Part shown: positions 49,508 to 62,500 of the stretch, piece after piece
How the letters are laid out: each line of letters begins with the position of its first letter
How positions within the stretch are numbered: position 1 is the stretch's first letter
Source of the DNA: Macrostomum hystrix
Lineage: Eukaryota; Animalia; Platyhelminthes
Assembly (NCBI GenBank): GCA_950097015.1
Contig: CATNEN010000038.1
Location: forward strand, 33,542,001 to 33,606,000
DNA: 64,000 bases
Direction: 5' to 3'
Made by a program: the position numbers and the translations under genes
Notes under the pieces: generated by a model
The model's database searches: none
Told to the model about the DNA's origin: nothing
The model's input: the letters and a program-made list of their open reading frames with translations, nothing else

Positions 49508-50670
49508 TTAGCTATAGTGTCGCCACACCAGAAACATGATCAACAATGTGACCACGCAGCCAACAAAGAATAGCGCCTTGTCCTGCGAGCCGCGCCGTTC
49601 AATCAGTCGCATCAGCGTGCCAGACAGACCCAGAGTGTTCAGGACTCCCAGCATGCCACGGTGAGCGCGTTTCAGCATCGCTCGCTGATCGCCTAGATTG
49701 TCCAGAACCGAACGGCCCTGGGATAGCAGGTCGTCTACTCTGCGATTGGCCGTATTCAAACTATCATTGTGCGTCAGTGATCGATCGATTAGCACCGAGG
49801 TGGAGTCGTTTGGCGCAAAAGAAGTGCGCAGTAGGGCCTCGCGTTCGCGCTCTTCATTCTCGCGGGCAACTCTGCGAATAAGATAATAGATGGTAATTCT
49901 GAGCTTATTGGATATATTCACCAACTTCCTTTCATATAATAACTACACCCACCTCACATGCCACCTACCTCACTACCTACCGTACTTTTTCCTTATCTTA
50001 AGCTAACCACCTTACAACCCTTCTCACTCCGCGTTCTTTCCTTAACCAACGCAATCCACCGCACCAAGCATTCTTTCCTAACCCGTGCCACCCACCTCAC
50101 CACGCGTTCTTTTCTTACCCGTGCCACCCACCCCACTCCGGGTTCTTTCCTTATAACCAACCCAATCCACATCACCAAGCATTCTTTCCTTACCCGTGCC
50201 ACCCACCTCAACACGCGTTCTTTCCTTACCCATACAACCCACCCCACTCCGGGTTCTTTCCTTACCTATGCCACTAACCTCACTCAGTGTTCTTTCCTTA
50301 GTTAACACCACCAACCTCACTCCGGGTTCTTTTCCTACCGAATACCACCCACCTCACCCCGGGGTTCTTACTAGGCGGTAAGAAAAGCTTACCGCCTATG
50401 TTGCAGTTGTCTCAGACTGGCTTGCAAATGCTGACAATCGTAGCGCAGCTGATCTGCTCTAAGCTTCGCCTGCTGTCGGCGAGTTGCCGGCTGTTTGCCA
50501 ACAAGAATGTCAAGCCTATCGCAATCTGAACAGCATCGATCTATGAGGCCCTGGGCTTCGCGCTCCGCATTTGGCGCCATGTCCTGCGGACTCTGTTCGA
50601 CTCGTTGGAGGGCGGCATTGATTTCTCGAATCAGCCGATCAGTCTGTTGAAACTGCTGGTCGATGCTCAT
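49508..50670 (-). CDS. GOSR2: Golgi SNAP receptor complex member 2 (membrin/Bos1, Qb-SNARE)
   Basis: Exons 50670-50393 and 49871-49508, phase 2. Motifs AKLRADQLRYDCQHLQASLR, EREALLRTSF and VLNTLGLSGTLMRLIERRGSQDK, with a C-terminal TM anchor. Confidence 0.95.
49945..50370. repeat. Degenerate C/T-rich tandem repeat in GOSR2 intron (similar tracts at 51180-51480 and, inverted, 54100-54310)
   Basis: Recurring GTTCTTTCCTTACCCGTGCCACCCACC(T/C)CAC with a period of about 39 bp. Confidence 0.8.
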
Positions 50671-51667
50671 TTATAGCTCTGTTTAAGAGTGCGGCTGGAA
50701 AAAATCATTCATATATAGTTTTACAACGGATAGTATTTTAACTTTTATGAGAATACATTATAGTGTAACTATAATTAGGCTGAAAAAATGAAAAAGCCAT
50801 CAAAGAAAGTATTCTCAGTAAATTGTAACTTTAAGGAGCCTTCTATTTTTAGTCCAATCACCAAACCACATCAGCAAAGGAACATCAATGATTTCTGCTA
50901 TATGAATAGGAAGCCAAGACAGAAAAAGCTGACAGTTCTAGAACTTCTAGCGAGTGAAAAAGAAACTCGGTTAAATTACGAGAACAGTGCGAACAAACGG
51001 TAAATCGAATGACCAAAGCGATTTTAATTTGAATAACAACACAATGGGGTTACATTTTTCTTAAATACCCTTATCATTATGGAATAGAATAGACTTAATG
51101 ACGGACTGCTACAAAGCATAGAGTATTGACAAGGCGACCTAATATTGTAGTAAGAACTCTTTGTTGGTGGGTGCTTGTTCACTCAACCCATTTTCCTTAC
51201 CAGGATACTCAGCCATTTCACTCCATTTTCCTTTCTCGGCCACCCACCCACCTCACTCCATTTTCCTTTCTCGGCCACCCACCCACCCCACTCCATTTTC
51301 CTTTCTCAGCCAACCACCCCCTCACTCCGTTTTCCTTTCTCGGCCACCCACCTCACTCGTTTTTCTTTACTCTGACACCCACCCACCTCACTCTAATTTT
51401 CCTTCTCGGCCACCCACCTCACTCGTTTTTCTTTACTTTGACGCCCACCCACCTCACTCTATTTTCATAACCCGGCCAACCACTCCATTATATATTACTT
51501 TCAAAACGACCTTCAGAGAAGACACTTCTTCCAGAGCTGAAATCATAATAAATGAGTTGAGGATAAAAGTAGAGCAAGCTAAGAGTAACGACAATAATTC
51601 CAGAAGTCCTTCGCTGTCACCAGTGCATTACTAGCGAGCACAGACAAAGCACACAGCAGCTTCTCTA

Positions 51668-54600
51668 TTATTTCTTTCCGCCCCAGGACAGCCAGCCTTT
51701 GACAAAGCCAGAGATGCCGCCGCCACCTTGGGCCGGAGCGGCAGTGGTCGATCCAGCCGTAGCCGCAGCTTTGCCTTTAGCCGCTTTAGCTTCGCGCGGC
51801 AGCTTGTCGGACAGATCCGGGCACTGGACGTGATTCAAAGCCAAATCGAAGAAAATAGGCTTAGCCGGAGTGGGAACAAATTCAGGCGGCAGTGTGACGA
51901 GTTGGGGCACCGCCTGACGCTTCGACGACTTGCCTGACTGCTGCTCGGTGGCTGCGAAAAAATCAAACAGACCTTCGTTATCAGCGGCATCGTCAGTTGA
52001 CAGCAGGGCGGCCGCTCTGCAGGAATACTGATCGCCTTCGGCTTTGCGAATCAAATCGTCGGCAGCCTCGGCTTCGCCGGGAGTTAGACAGCCCGAGGCT
52101 GATCGAGCCTGACGGCAGTAGCGAAGGCAGCGCTCCAACAGGGCCAGACATTCGGGGAGGCGTTTGGCTGCGAAATGAGCGCGCGACAATTGGTGACACT
52201 TGTGAGCGCGGTAGAGAGCCATCTGGGCAGCCAGCTCCGCCTGGGTGGCCGTGTCGCCGGCCTGCAAAAATCCATGGTTTGTTTTCTTCTCTGAGTCTCA
52301 GCTGAGGTACTGGAGATAACAACGGGTTGCAGCTTAGCGGATCGAACGACGGACACACGACTTGAGTGTCCGGGGTTCGATTCTAGACTACACTTTCGAA
52401 TGAATGCTGAATGCTGCGTACGTCTGTTCAGTCCATGGACAGGAAAGACGCCACATCCACCCTCAATTACCCCAGCTAATGCTGATACCAATTTAACAGC
52501 TGGTGAACTGAAACAATGCAGAGTTGAGTGTCTCGCTGAAGGACACGATTCGTTCCAGTGGAGCCGGGAATCGAACCCTCGACCTTTAAGTTGCGAATCC
52601 GACGTTCAAACCACAAGGCTAGAACTAATTTGAGGGGGTTTAGTTCCCCCCAGTCCACGGACTGAACACAATAGCCGTCTGCTGCACATGTGGCCGAATC
52701 GGGGAAGGAGCAATTACTATTTTTGACGAACAGAGCTACAGATCATACTATTAATAACTGGGAGAAGTCTTAGATGTTGCAAATGATAATTATGCAAGGT
52801 AGCGCTGGTCACTGGTGAATCATTTCGCCACTGCAGAACCGCAGCCAGCGAGGAGGCACTCCTGAGTAAACAACACGCACACGGATGTGTTCGCAGGCAG
52901 GTGGTACACAGTTTGAAGTCTCACCTGGCAGAGCTGCTGCAGGTCAGCCAGTGTCTGGGTGATGGCCTCGTACAGTCGGGCCAACTCGGTCGGCTTGCGA
53001 CCACTGCCGGCAGCCAGCAGGAGATTGCGCCGCACAGTGGCCCGCAGCTTCGTATGCGCCACCCAGGCCTGCAGGCGCGGCTCCGACTGAGCCTCGCGAA
53101 CACCTTCGCCGGCGCGTTTGATCAGGCTTTCCTAGAAATAAGAGATCAATAGGCCGCTTGTTAGGCGCTTTATCAGTAAGAAAACTATAAAGAAATGGGA
53201 TCTTTATAAATACAGAAATGGGATCTTAATAAATACAGAAATGGGATCTTAATAAATACAGAAATGGGATCTTAATAAATACAGAAATGGGATCTTAATA
53301 AATACAGAAATGGGATCGTTATACCTACAGAAATGGGATCTTAATAAATACAGAAATGGGATCTTAATAAATACAGAAATGGGATCGTTATACCTACAGA
53401 AATGGGATCTTAATAAATACAGAAATGGGGTGTTTATACCTACTGGATCGAGATATTTATATCTTATCCCTTAACTTAAATATTCACATAAGATAATTGC
53501 CCAAAAAGAGCTAATGATCAATAAAAAGAGGAGCATTAACGCAGCAAAAAACTCCCTATACGACCATTCAACAATACCCACCTGAATGCTAATCTGAGCT
53601 TCGGCCGTCTCCGCCTTGTCGGCCTCCAGGCGCAGTTCCTCCAAAGCAGCCACTAACGCCCTGAGTTTAGGCGGCCTGACTAGCACAGTCTCGCCCTGCC
53701 AGGCTACTTCGCAAACAGCCCGACTATCGGACCGAGTCTGAGCCAGCAGGCTGTCAATCTCGTCGCTGGCTGCGCCGTCAGCTTGGCGGAGTCGCATCGC
53801 TCGCAGGTCTTCAACAGCGGTTGCGTCGCCAATATTGTAAGCGCAGTAGCGCAATTGCGGACGCAATTCGTCAGCTTTGGCGATGTAGACGGCTGCGTCT
53901 TCGGGCAGTTGAGCCGCGCCGGCAAGGCTTGTGTACAAATCAACGGCGCCTTGCAGATGCGAGCCGGCTTCGGCCCATTTCTCCAATTCGAATAGCAGAG
54001 TGCCGTGCATGGCGGCCAGGTAGGCCTAGCAGATCGGACCAACAGTTGGAGGAGTCTTTAATTCGAGGCAAATAGCTTGAAGCCAGCGAGCGGGGGAAGA
54101 AATGTTTTGGGGTGGGCGAATGAAGTTGAGGTGGGTGTGCGCATAGGTGAAAGGAAAATTGAGTGGGGTTAGTGTATATTAGGAGGGAAGGGGTAGCAAG
54201 TTAAGGTGAGTGTAGGCTTGGAGGGACGGAAAATGGAGAGGGGGTGTACGCTGGAGAGAAGATAATGGAGGGAGGTGGGTACATGCTTTGACGGAAGCAA
54301 TGGAGGGTATGGAACTGGCATGTCTTAACTGGTAGAATATCAAAATTCGCGACGATAATTTAGCTTAAATAAACCGAAAGATAAATGAACGCATGCAGAC
54401 AAACGAACCTGAGCCTCCAGTTTAGTCTTGGCATCGGCCTTGGCGGCACACAGCGTGTCCAACAGGGCGGCATGCTGCGCCGCTTTTTTCAGCTTTGAGA
54501 ACTGGCCAAATTTCTTTCTCTGATCGGTGTTAGCCTCGGCCTTCAGCTGCATAGCGTAGGACCACAGACGCTCAGCTTCGAACAATGGAATCTGTAGGCA

Positions 54601-54998
54601 TCGATCAAATTTAATAGCCTCGGGTGTTAGCGGCTTCCTGTGCACTTTTCTCCTATCGCCAGCTGGCAGTTTCAGTGACTTGCGCAGGCGAGCCAATCGA
54701 CGGCTGCAGTATTGGCGATAGCGCTGGAAGTCGCCATGGCGAAGGCCGTGCTGCTGTTGAGCTTCGCGAACTGTGGCCAGGACTGTGGCAAGATTGATAG
54801 AGATTAGAAAATAACTCCCCACAGTGGACAAACAGCATACAAAAATTAAATCTTCATAGAGTGGACTCAAGTCAATTGGACTAATTAGATGAGGAGGTTT
54901 AAACTAAAAAAATTGATGCCATAGTTGCTGCTGCTGGTTACTGAAGACATGCCCATGATAGGACACATCATTAAGACATTACTAGCCCTGTTTTCCAT
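51668..54998 (-). CDS. SRP68: Signal recognition particle subunit SRP68
   Basis: Exons 54782-54409, 54025-53582, 53131-52925 and 52261-51668. The candidate first exon 54998-54983 (MENRA, A|GTAATG, phase 1) is uncertain. Motifs QQQHGLRHGDFQRYRQYCSRRL, AERLWSYAMQLK, LRYCAYNIGD, PAKPIFFDLALNHV and GISGFVKGWLSWG. Confidence 0.95.
52325..52715. mobile_element. Two SINE copies in opposite orientation, nested or rearranged (family B-related)
   Basis: A plus-strand tRNA-like head (GGTTCGATTC at about 52375) and tail (GTCCACGGACTGAACA at about 52653) enclose a minus-strand copy at about 52400-52625 (GGTTCGATTCCC, GTGTCCTTCAGCGAGACACT). Confidence 0.7.
53190..53445. repeat. Intronic minisatellite, 23-bp unit (SRP68 intron)
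   Basis: Unit ACAGAAATGGGATCTTAATAAAT. Confidence 0.93.
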
Positions 54999-56574
54999 TT
55001 TTTGCACCTTTTTATTTTAGGAAATAAGGAGATATTTAACAGAAATCTTATTTTTGAAGCTAGAGTATAATTATAAATGAGTTTTTGCAGACAACCTTTA
55101 CAAAAAAGGCATATAGCTTAAAAATATATTCAATGTATTTTGAGAGGAAGAAATATATAAATATATTGTCTCAGGTCCAACACATGACCTGGGGTTTGAC
55201 AGAATCAATGTTTCCAAGATTAAGCAAGAACTAAAACCTTGTCTTTGACCTGAGTAGTAATCAATTTAGGTAATGTTTTATAGCTAGCTACTGTGATGAG
55301 AATTGAGGAAGTAGACCTATAACTAGCTAAACACAAAGCAAAGCATAAATTTAAAAAATTCTTAAATAAAACATTTATTAAGCATTTAATTCACTATGAA
55401 ACCTGTTGACAAAACAAGTTTTTTCTTTAATTAGCAAAACAGTTTATTCCAGTGTATTTTGTAAAGTATATTTGTATATTTTTTGCTGGAAAATTAGGTA
55501 TGCATTTGATTTTCTGGTGTATACCTGCATACAAATATAATTTTAGTACTTCTGCCACAATGGCATATTGGTGTATTGCCAATGAAGGCCTATGCACAGA
55601 AGCCACAAATGAGTGGCTAGCCCTACAATATATTCATAAAGTAAGATAGAGACTAAAACACAGTTAGTAGATTTCCATTTGTTAATCTTTAAATATATAT
55701 TAGTGTAATCACTTTCAACTTAGACATTTCAATAAATAGCATACTGGCTTTTAAGATGTGATATTTTAATCACTACTTACTGTCAAGAGAAAATGTAATC
55801 GGCGCATCACTCACGGCCAAATCCATTATTAACCTCCGACACTATTCTGTTTGCTTAATAACTACGCTACTAAGATAGTTGCTTGTACGAATAACTTAGA
55901 ACGCAGGGTTCTTGTAACGTTTGTTGTCTACCTTGTAAAAGGGTCGGGACTTTCGTTCGTCAGCAGAATTTAAAAAGGACCTTTCGTAGAAGTTATAACT
56001 AAAACAAATTATTGAATTTCTAGACATTGTTAAACTCTAGAAGTGTTAAACAGACAAGTTTAGTGTATAGCAGTTAAGAATGTTTCATTATAAGTGTAAA
56101 AATACTTTATTAAGATACACCTTCACATGATGCTAGAGTTTATTTAACATCAGACATTCGTTTTCTTTTTGTTCGAAAATTTGACGTATTGAACTTTAGA
56201 TTTTTTACTACAAAAACTTGCGCACCGTTTACTGCTGCTCTATACTAGATTTTGACCTTCTAAATTTCCTATTAACTTACTATAATTTTAATGCTGCGGA
56301 TTGCTACCTTTGTTAGTTTACATATTGCAAATGTCAATTCATAAGCACAGTTTCCCTCTATAGCGATTGCATTAAAATGTTATGTTAAAAATAAAAATTG
56401 TACAGTACGGTATATAATAGGTTCATTAGTTTAGAAGTCATAATCATTACCGTGATAATAAAAAATTGTCTGTATCGAATGAATATTTTCGTTGATCTTC
56501 TTTATAAATATCGAATTCGATATTTCGAGGTGCACAAAGTTTTCATTACATTTTTTATCATCACTCCAGCAAAA

Positions 56575-59500
56575 ATGGCCTCGCCTCGAACACCGCGTAC
56601 GTCAACACATGACCCCATTCGGGAGCAGATGACGAGCAGGCGAACCATTGAGAAAAAAGCGTTAGAGTTTGACATCATCCTGCATGAGGTTTCATTCAAC
56701 TACGCCGGTCGCTACTTCCTGCGCCTGGCGGTCCAGTCCTCGTTCACCTCCGATCTGAGCAGCCTGCGGGTTCGATCTGGCGATGCCACTGGAAGACCAA
56801 CCCGTGGCTTCCGATTCGGTGCCGAAGCTAGGACAGAAGTAACCGATCAGTTGCTGCAGGACGAAATATTCCCTATGCGAGACGCCAGGTTTTCGTTCTA
56901 CATGCCAGTTGGCTTCAACAAAAACGACATCAAGCACGATGTCTTCCTACTCATTGAAGCATTCGACATCAGCGAGACGACTGCACAGTTTAGAAGAATC
57001 GGCGAAGCCAAAGTGGCCATCTATCCTCGCACCGACGTTGAAATGAACTTTGATTTAGAGATCGGTGACCCGGTCTACCGCCTGACTATGAAGGCCCCGA
57101 TTCTCAGGACCCATACCCAGGTGATTTGACGAGATTTTACTTTTTTAGGGTGGCATCGCATTTCAGAAATTAAATGAGCCTCACGAAACCGAACCCTCCA
57201 CCCTCAGGATCATCTGCACATGCACTGCGGCTCGCTAAATTTCACCTGCCAATTAAGCGAAGCCTGGCCAATCGAAGTCGACGAAGATGGTCCGCCGGAG
57301 CCGCAGCCGAGGCCGCCGGCGCGCAAGAAGCAGCCGGAGCAGCTGAAGCCGCCGCCGCCGCCGCCGGCTCAGAAGGAGCCGCCGGAGCGCAAGACGCCTC
57401 GAGGGGATCACGCTCCCAACCAGCGGCTGAGGGAGAATCCCGATCTCGAACATCGGTCTGTTGATCCGATTCAAGGCGGCTTTCATCTGGTGTCAAGCGA
57501 AGGCAAAGAGGAGGTCACAGTGATTGTGCACGGTGCCAACGATATGAAGCATCCGAGCAAGCACCGCATGCCGCGGACATACGTCACAGTGTGAGTTGCT
57601 GGCGGTGCTTAACTTTTAACAGCACTCTTAGATAGACCACGGGGCTATTATTCAACCAATCACCATGACAATCCAGAACCCAAGCTAAAGTTTTGAAACA
57701 ACTTCCATCATCATAAAACATCGGCATCGTCGAGATATTCAACGATTCTCGTCTGGCTGTCTGGTGGCGAAAACCACCAATATAGCAATATTTTTTCTAC
57801 TCACAAAATTTCATCTTGTTATAGCTTATGGGCTGTAACCATCATTGCTGACTATTTTGGATTGATTACATAGTTTGTATTTATATTATTCAACTAAATT
57901 ATGGATTCGCCATATACAGTGCAATATTAGTTGTCCTTGTCACCAGGTTAACAAAGACTCGGACGGCTTTATAATTTAGTTCATCGTAAATAGCGGAAAA
58001 TTTAGATTCACTGGAGTGGACTATTGATTCACTTTGATTCACTTCGCATCATTTCTCTGACAACAAGCAGAGGTCCCTGCATCTTGGAACGGAAGGCTTC
58101 AAATAACTTTTCACCTTCCGCATTTTAAACAGGCAGAGCAAGTCGGACGAAGATGCAGGACGTCCGGCTCAGGGAGTGACCCACGCCACCATCCGGGCCT
58201 CCGACAGTCCCTCCTGGGAGGAGATGATCAACATTGTGATGGACGCCAATCGTGCACCGGACGAAGTTATCGTAATCAAGATCGGCGACAAAGACACGCA
58301 GGAGTTGATTCACGAATTTCGCATTCCAGTTGGAAGCCTGCAACCGTTTCACAACTATCACGTTAATATGCACAAGGTTCGGAGCATGAGACTGTGAATA
58401 CTATTCTAAGAAAGTTATTCGAAGCACGATTTTAAGACAGTTTTTAGAATAAATATTCTTATGGGTAGCAATTCTTGAAATGATCAAAATGCTTTGATTA
58501 TAAGTTCAAATGAGAATGATTCTCAAACAAGTTTTCGAGTGGTTCGTGAAGTCCTGCAAGACACGATTCTTGGAAAATTTTAGGTGACAAAAACTCCAAC
58601 GAAATTTCCGTTTATGGTATGTGAAACTATTCTATAAGAAATTTCTATTCTATAGAAATATAAGAAACTAAGTGACACAATTCTAAGAAAGTAGTAATGT
58701 GACACGATTCGAGCAAAGTCCCATGTGCCACGGTTCTAGGAAAGTTCAATGTGACATGATTCTAGGAATGTTCCATGTGAGTTCTAGGAAATTTGTATGT
58801 GACACGATTCTAAGAAACCTCCACGTGAAACTTGTCGAAGAAAGTTCAAAGTGATACGTTTCTAGAAAAGTTGTAAGCAATACGTTTTTAGGAAAGTTCA
58901 AAGCGATACTTTTTCTTGGAAAGTTCAAAGTGACACGATTCTAGAAAAGTTCCATGCGATACAATTCTACGAGAGTTCTGTGTGAAACGTTTTCTAGAAA
59001 TTACTAACCTCTCCTTTGTTTCCAATTGCCCAACCCCGCGCAGTTCAACGGTGAGCAGGGCCGATTGTTCGCCACGCTGATTCGCAAGCAGTCTCACCTG
59101 CCTAGCGAGACCGGCATCGGCATCAACTACAAAGCTCTGGAGGCATGCCTAGTTGCAGTCCGACAGCCGCTGCAGAATCCGGCGGGAGCTCTCATTGCGG
59201 TTGCCAAAGTCGTCTCGGACTATTATAACTTTGTTAATCGCCTCCTGGCCTATAGAAATTCCGGACTCGAACTAACGACCGCGCAGTTTCCAAATCCGCA
59301 TCCGACGACATTTTTTGTTACTGACAGATGGACCGGACAGGGACAGTCTCAGGTTCGCAGTCTAATTAGCTAATTAGCTACCTACCTAGTCAGATCTACC
59401 TACCTACCTACCTACCTACCCACCTACCTACCTACCTACCTACCAACAACCCTACTTAACTCGCTGGCTAGTGAGGAGGCAATTCTGCCCATGTCGCTGA

Positions 59501-62500
59501 CTCCTGAGCACACGCGCACACTGATACCGTACACAGGCGTTTATATTTGCGCTGACTTTCTCATCGTCAGGCAGTGTACACTCTCACTGTTCCTTGGAGG
59601 TTGGCCCTCAAGGGCGTAAATTGCACGACAAGCCCCCAAAGCCTTCTCTCCGGGGGTCGGTGGCAGATCGGTCAACGCGTTTGCCTCTCGAACCAAGGTC
59701 CCAGAGCAGAACTTGGCAGACCAGCCAAGCCACACATCCCTTTTCTACCTACACTAACCTACACTACTACACTACTAACTTAATAAAACTATGTACTTAC
59801 GAATCTATCCAAAGAATCATTCTATATTCTCTATCCTTCCTATACCTGCCTAATGAACCCATCGATTCCAGGTAACCTTACCCGGCAAGCCGGTGGTGCA
59901 GCCGAGGTGGCATCATTCGTTTCTGTTCTGCGACCAGCGCGAATTAGCCACCCTATTCACTGTGGGCGCAGCTCTGGTCATTGAATTCTACGATTTCAAC
60001 AATCAGGCCGTCAACGAAGTTGAATGGCGCGCCACGAAGCCAGTTGGCTACGCAGCACTCGTGCTGGACAACAAAGCCTTCAGGGAGCTCACCGGAGTCA
60101 GCGGACGAAAGGGTCTCCTGGTTGAGCTACCGGTGCAGGTAAGACAGGGAGCCTTACCTTAGGCTCAGAGTGGTCATAGTTAGTAAACTATTCTGTATGT
60201 AAACTATTCCGAAATGCTATAACTGAAGAATGGGCGAACTGAAGCAATGCAGAGTTAAGTGTCTTGCTAAAGGCCACAAATTGTACCAGTAGAGTCGGGA
60301 ATCGAACTCTCGACCTTCAAGTTGTGAGTCCCACCTTTTTTAATTTGTTTATAAAAGGAGAAATCATTTGAAACATCAATTATCAATCTATAAATATCTT
60401 ATATCAGTGGATCTGCATCAATAAATCAATCAATCAATAATCAATCAATCAATAAATCATTCAATCAGTCAATCAATCAAGCAATAAATCGATAAATCAA
60501 CCAATCAATAAAAAATCAATCAATCAATCAGCCAATCGATCAATAAATCAATCAATCAATCAATAAATCGAATTATCAATCAATCAATCAACCAATAAAA
60601 TGTTGTTGCCAGGGCGGCACGCTTCGCTCCAGCACCGGCAAGCTGCCAACAGTTGGCCTTGTGCTGCGTCTACACGAAGACTCCGCGCCGACAAGCTTGA
60701 CGCCGGAGTTCCTCAGATCGCCAGACCTCCAGACCAGTCTTCCGCGCTTCGATCCAACCCACCTGGAGGTGCCCAGTCAGGACTTTGTCGAACAGGAAGG
60801 CGGCGGACCCTACGAGGCAACGACTAGCGATCCGAATCCGCGACTAGGCCTCGACTGGGAATGGGATCCCTACAAGGACCTGTCTGTGGCCATGAAGCGC
60901 AAGCAGAGAAAGAAATTGGTGAGACACTACTCATAGTAGCGGGGATTAAGTATATGATAGTGGCTGCTTAATTGGCATTCTGTGGTTAGAAAGTCTGAGG
61001 CTGAGTTTAATGGTCCGAGGCGAGCGAAGCGAGCCGAGGACTATTGAGCATGGCCGAGGACTTCTTAACCATAGACTGCAAATTGAGCAGCCACTATTTT
61101 ATATGAAATTCGATTTGGTTTGGCGCCCATTTTATGGTTTAATGGGCCCCGTTTTCGGGACCATTATATGGCACACTGGTTCAAGACTTCGCATTTCCAA
61201 CCATAGACGATAGATTCGTGGCTCAGAATGCGCCCATTAAACGTCCATTAACGACGAAATCGGATTTTATATAGAGAATGGAAATAGCATTTAACCTGAC
61301 TATGTACGGACTGTATAACAGCCGCAGCTAAGCATACACAACGCAAAGAACATTATAGAACGCACAATAAAGCAGAAAAGGCAGCTAAAAGTTGAGTTGA
61401 AAAGAGAGTCAGTGTACAGGGGACAATGGCCTCACTTTGCGTAGCCAAGGGAAACTTAAGCACACAATTCTGAGCGAGTACATCAGTGTGCATTGTGAGC
61501 ACACTCATACATATTTAACCTCTAATTCAAGTCGCTATTTAGCACTAGATTCGCGGCATATCTTCTGCTTTTTGGCGAGGAAAAGTTGCAATTATAGACT
61601 AACTGTTGCCAAAAAAAATTTATCGCATAATAATGGCCACAATGTACTACAGACCGTACACCAGTGAGGTATGTATTAACTGTGAAGTCAATGAAGCAAT
61701 TATCTCTAAACATTACTATCTTTAATTGAGTCCTCTAGTAAAGTATTGTAAGAATTCCTACCTCCTCCACTCTACCTCTCACTCTCTGCTCTACCTCTCA
61801 CTCTCTGCTCTACCTCTCACTCTCTGCTCTACCTCTCACTCTCTGCTCTACCTCTCACTCTCTGCTCTACCTCTCACTCTCTGCTCTACCTCTCACTCTC
61901 TGCTCTACCTCTCACTCTCTGCTCCACCTCTCACTCTCTGCTCTACCTCTCACTCTCTGCTCTACCTCTCACTCTCTGCTCTACCTCTCACTCTCTGCTC
62001 TACCTCTCACTCTCTGCTCTACCTCTCACTCTCTGCTCCACCGCTCACTCTCTGCTCTACCTCTCACTCTCTGCTCTACCTCTCACTCTCTGCTCTACCT
62101 CTCACTCTCTGCTCTACCTCTCACTCTCTGCTCTACCTCCCACTCTCTGCTCCACCGCTCACTCCCTGCTCTACCTCTCACTCTCTGCTCTACCTCCCAC
62201 TCTCTGCTCTACCTCTCACTCTCTGCTCTACCTCTCACTCTCTGCTCTACCTCTCACTCTCTGCTCTACCTCTCACTCTCTGCTCTACCTCTCACTCTCT
62301 GCTCTACCTCTCACTCTCTGCTCTACCTCCCACTCTCTGCTCCACCGCTCACTCTCTGCTCTACCTCTCACTCTCTGCTCTACCTCCCACTCTCTGCTCT
62401 ACCTCTCACTCTCTGCTCTACCTCTCACTCTCTGCTCTACCTCTCACTCTCTGCTCTACCTCTCACTCTCTGCTCTACCTCTCACTCTCTGCTCTACCTC

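Noticed and set aside
52560-52625. tRNA genes at B-box-containing segments (also about 13.65, 21.33, 31.75, 52.37 and 60.3 kb)
   Set aside because: No full cloverleaf was evident. Most continue into shared SINE bodies.
59460-59505. HDV-like ribozyme (GCCTCCTCACTAGC on the minus strand) at the SINE tail
   Set aside because: It resembles P3/L3 only. No P1, P2 or P4 partners were found, and it is not conserved in the 42.5-kb copy.
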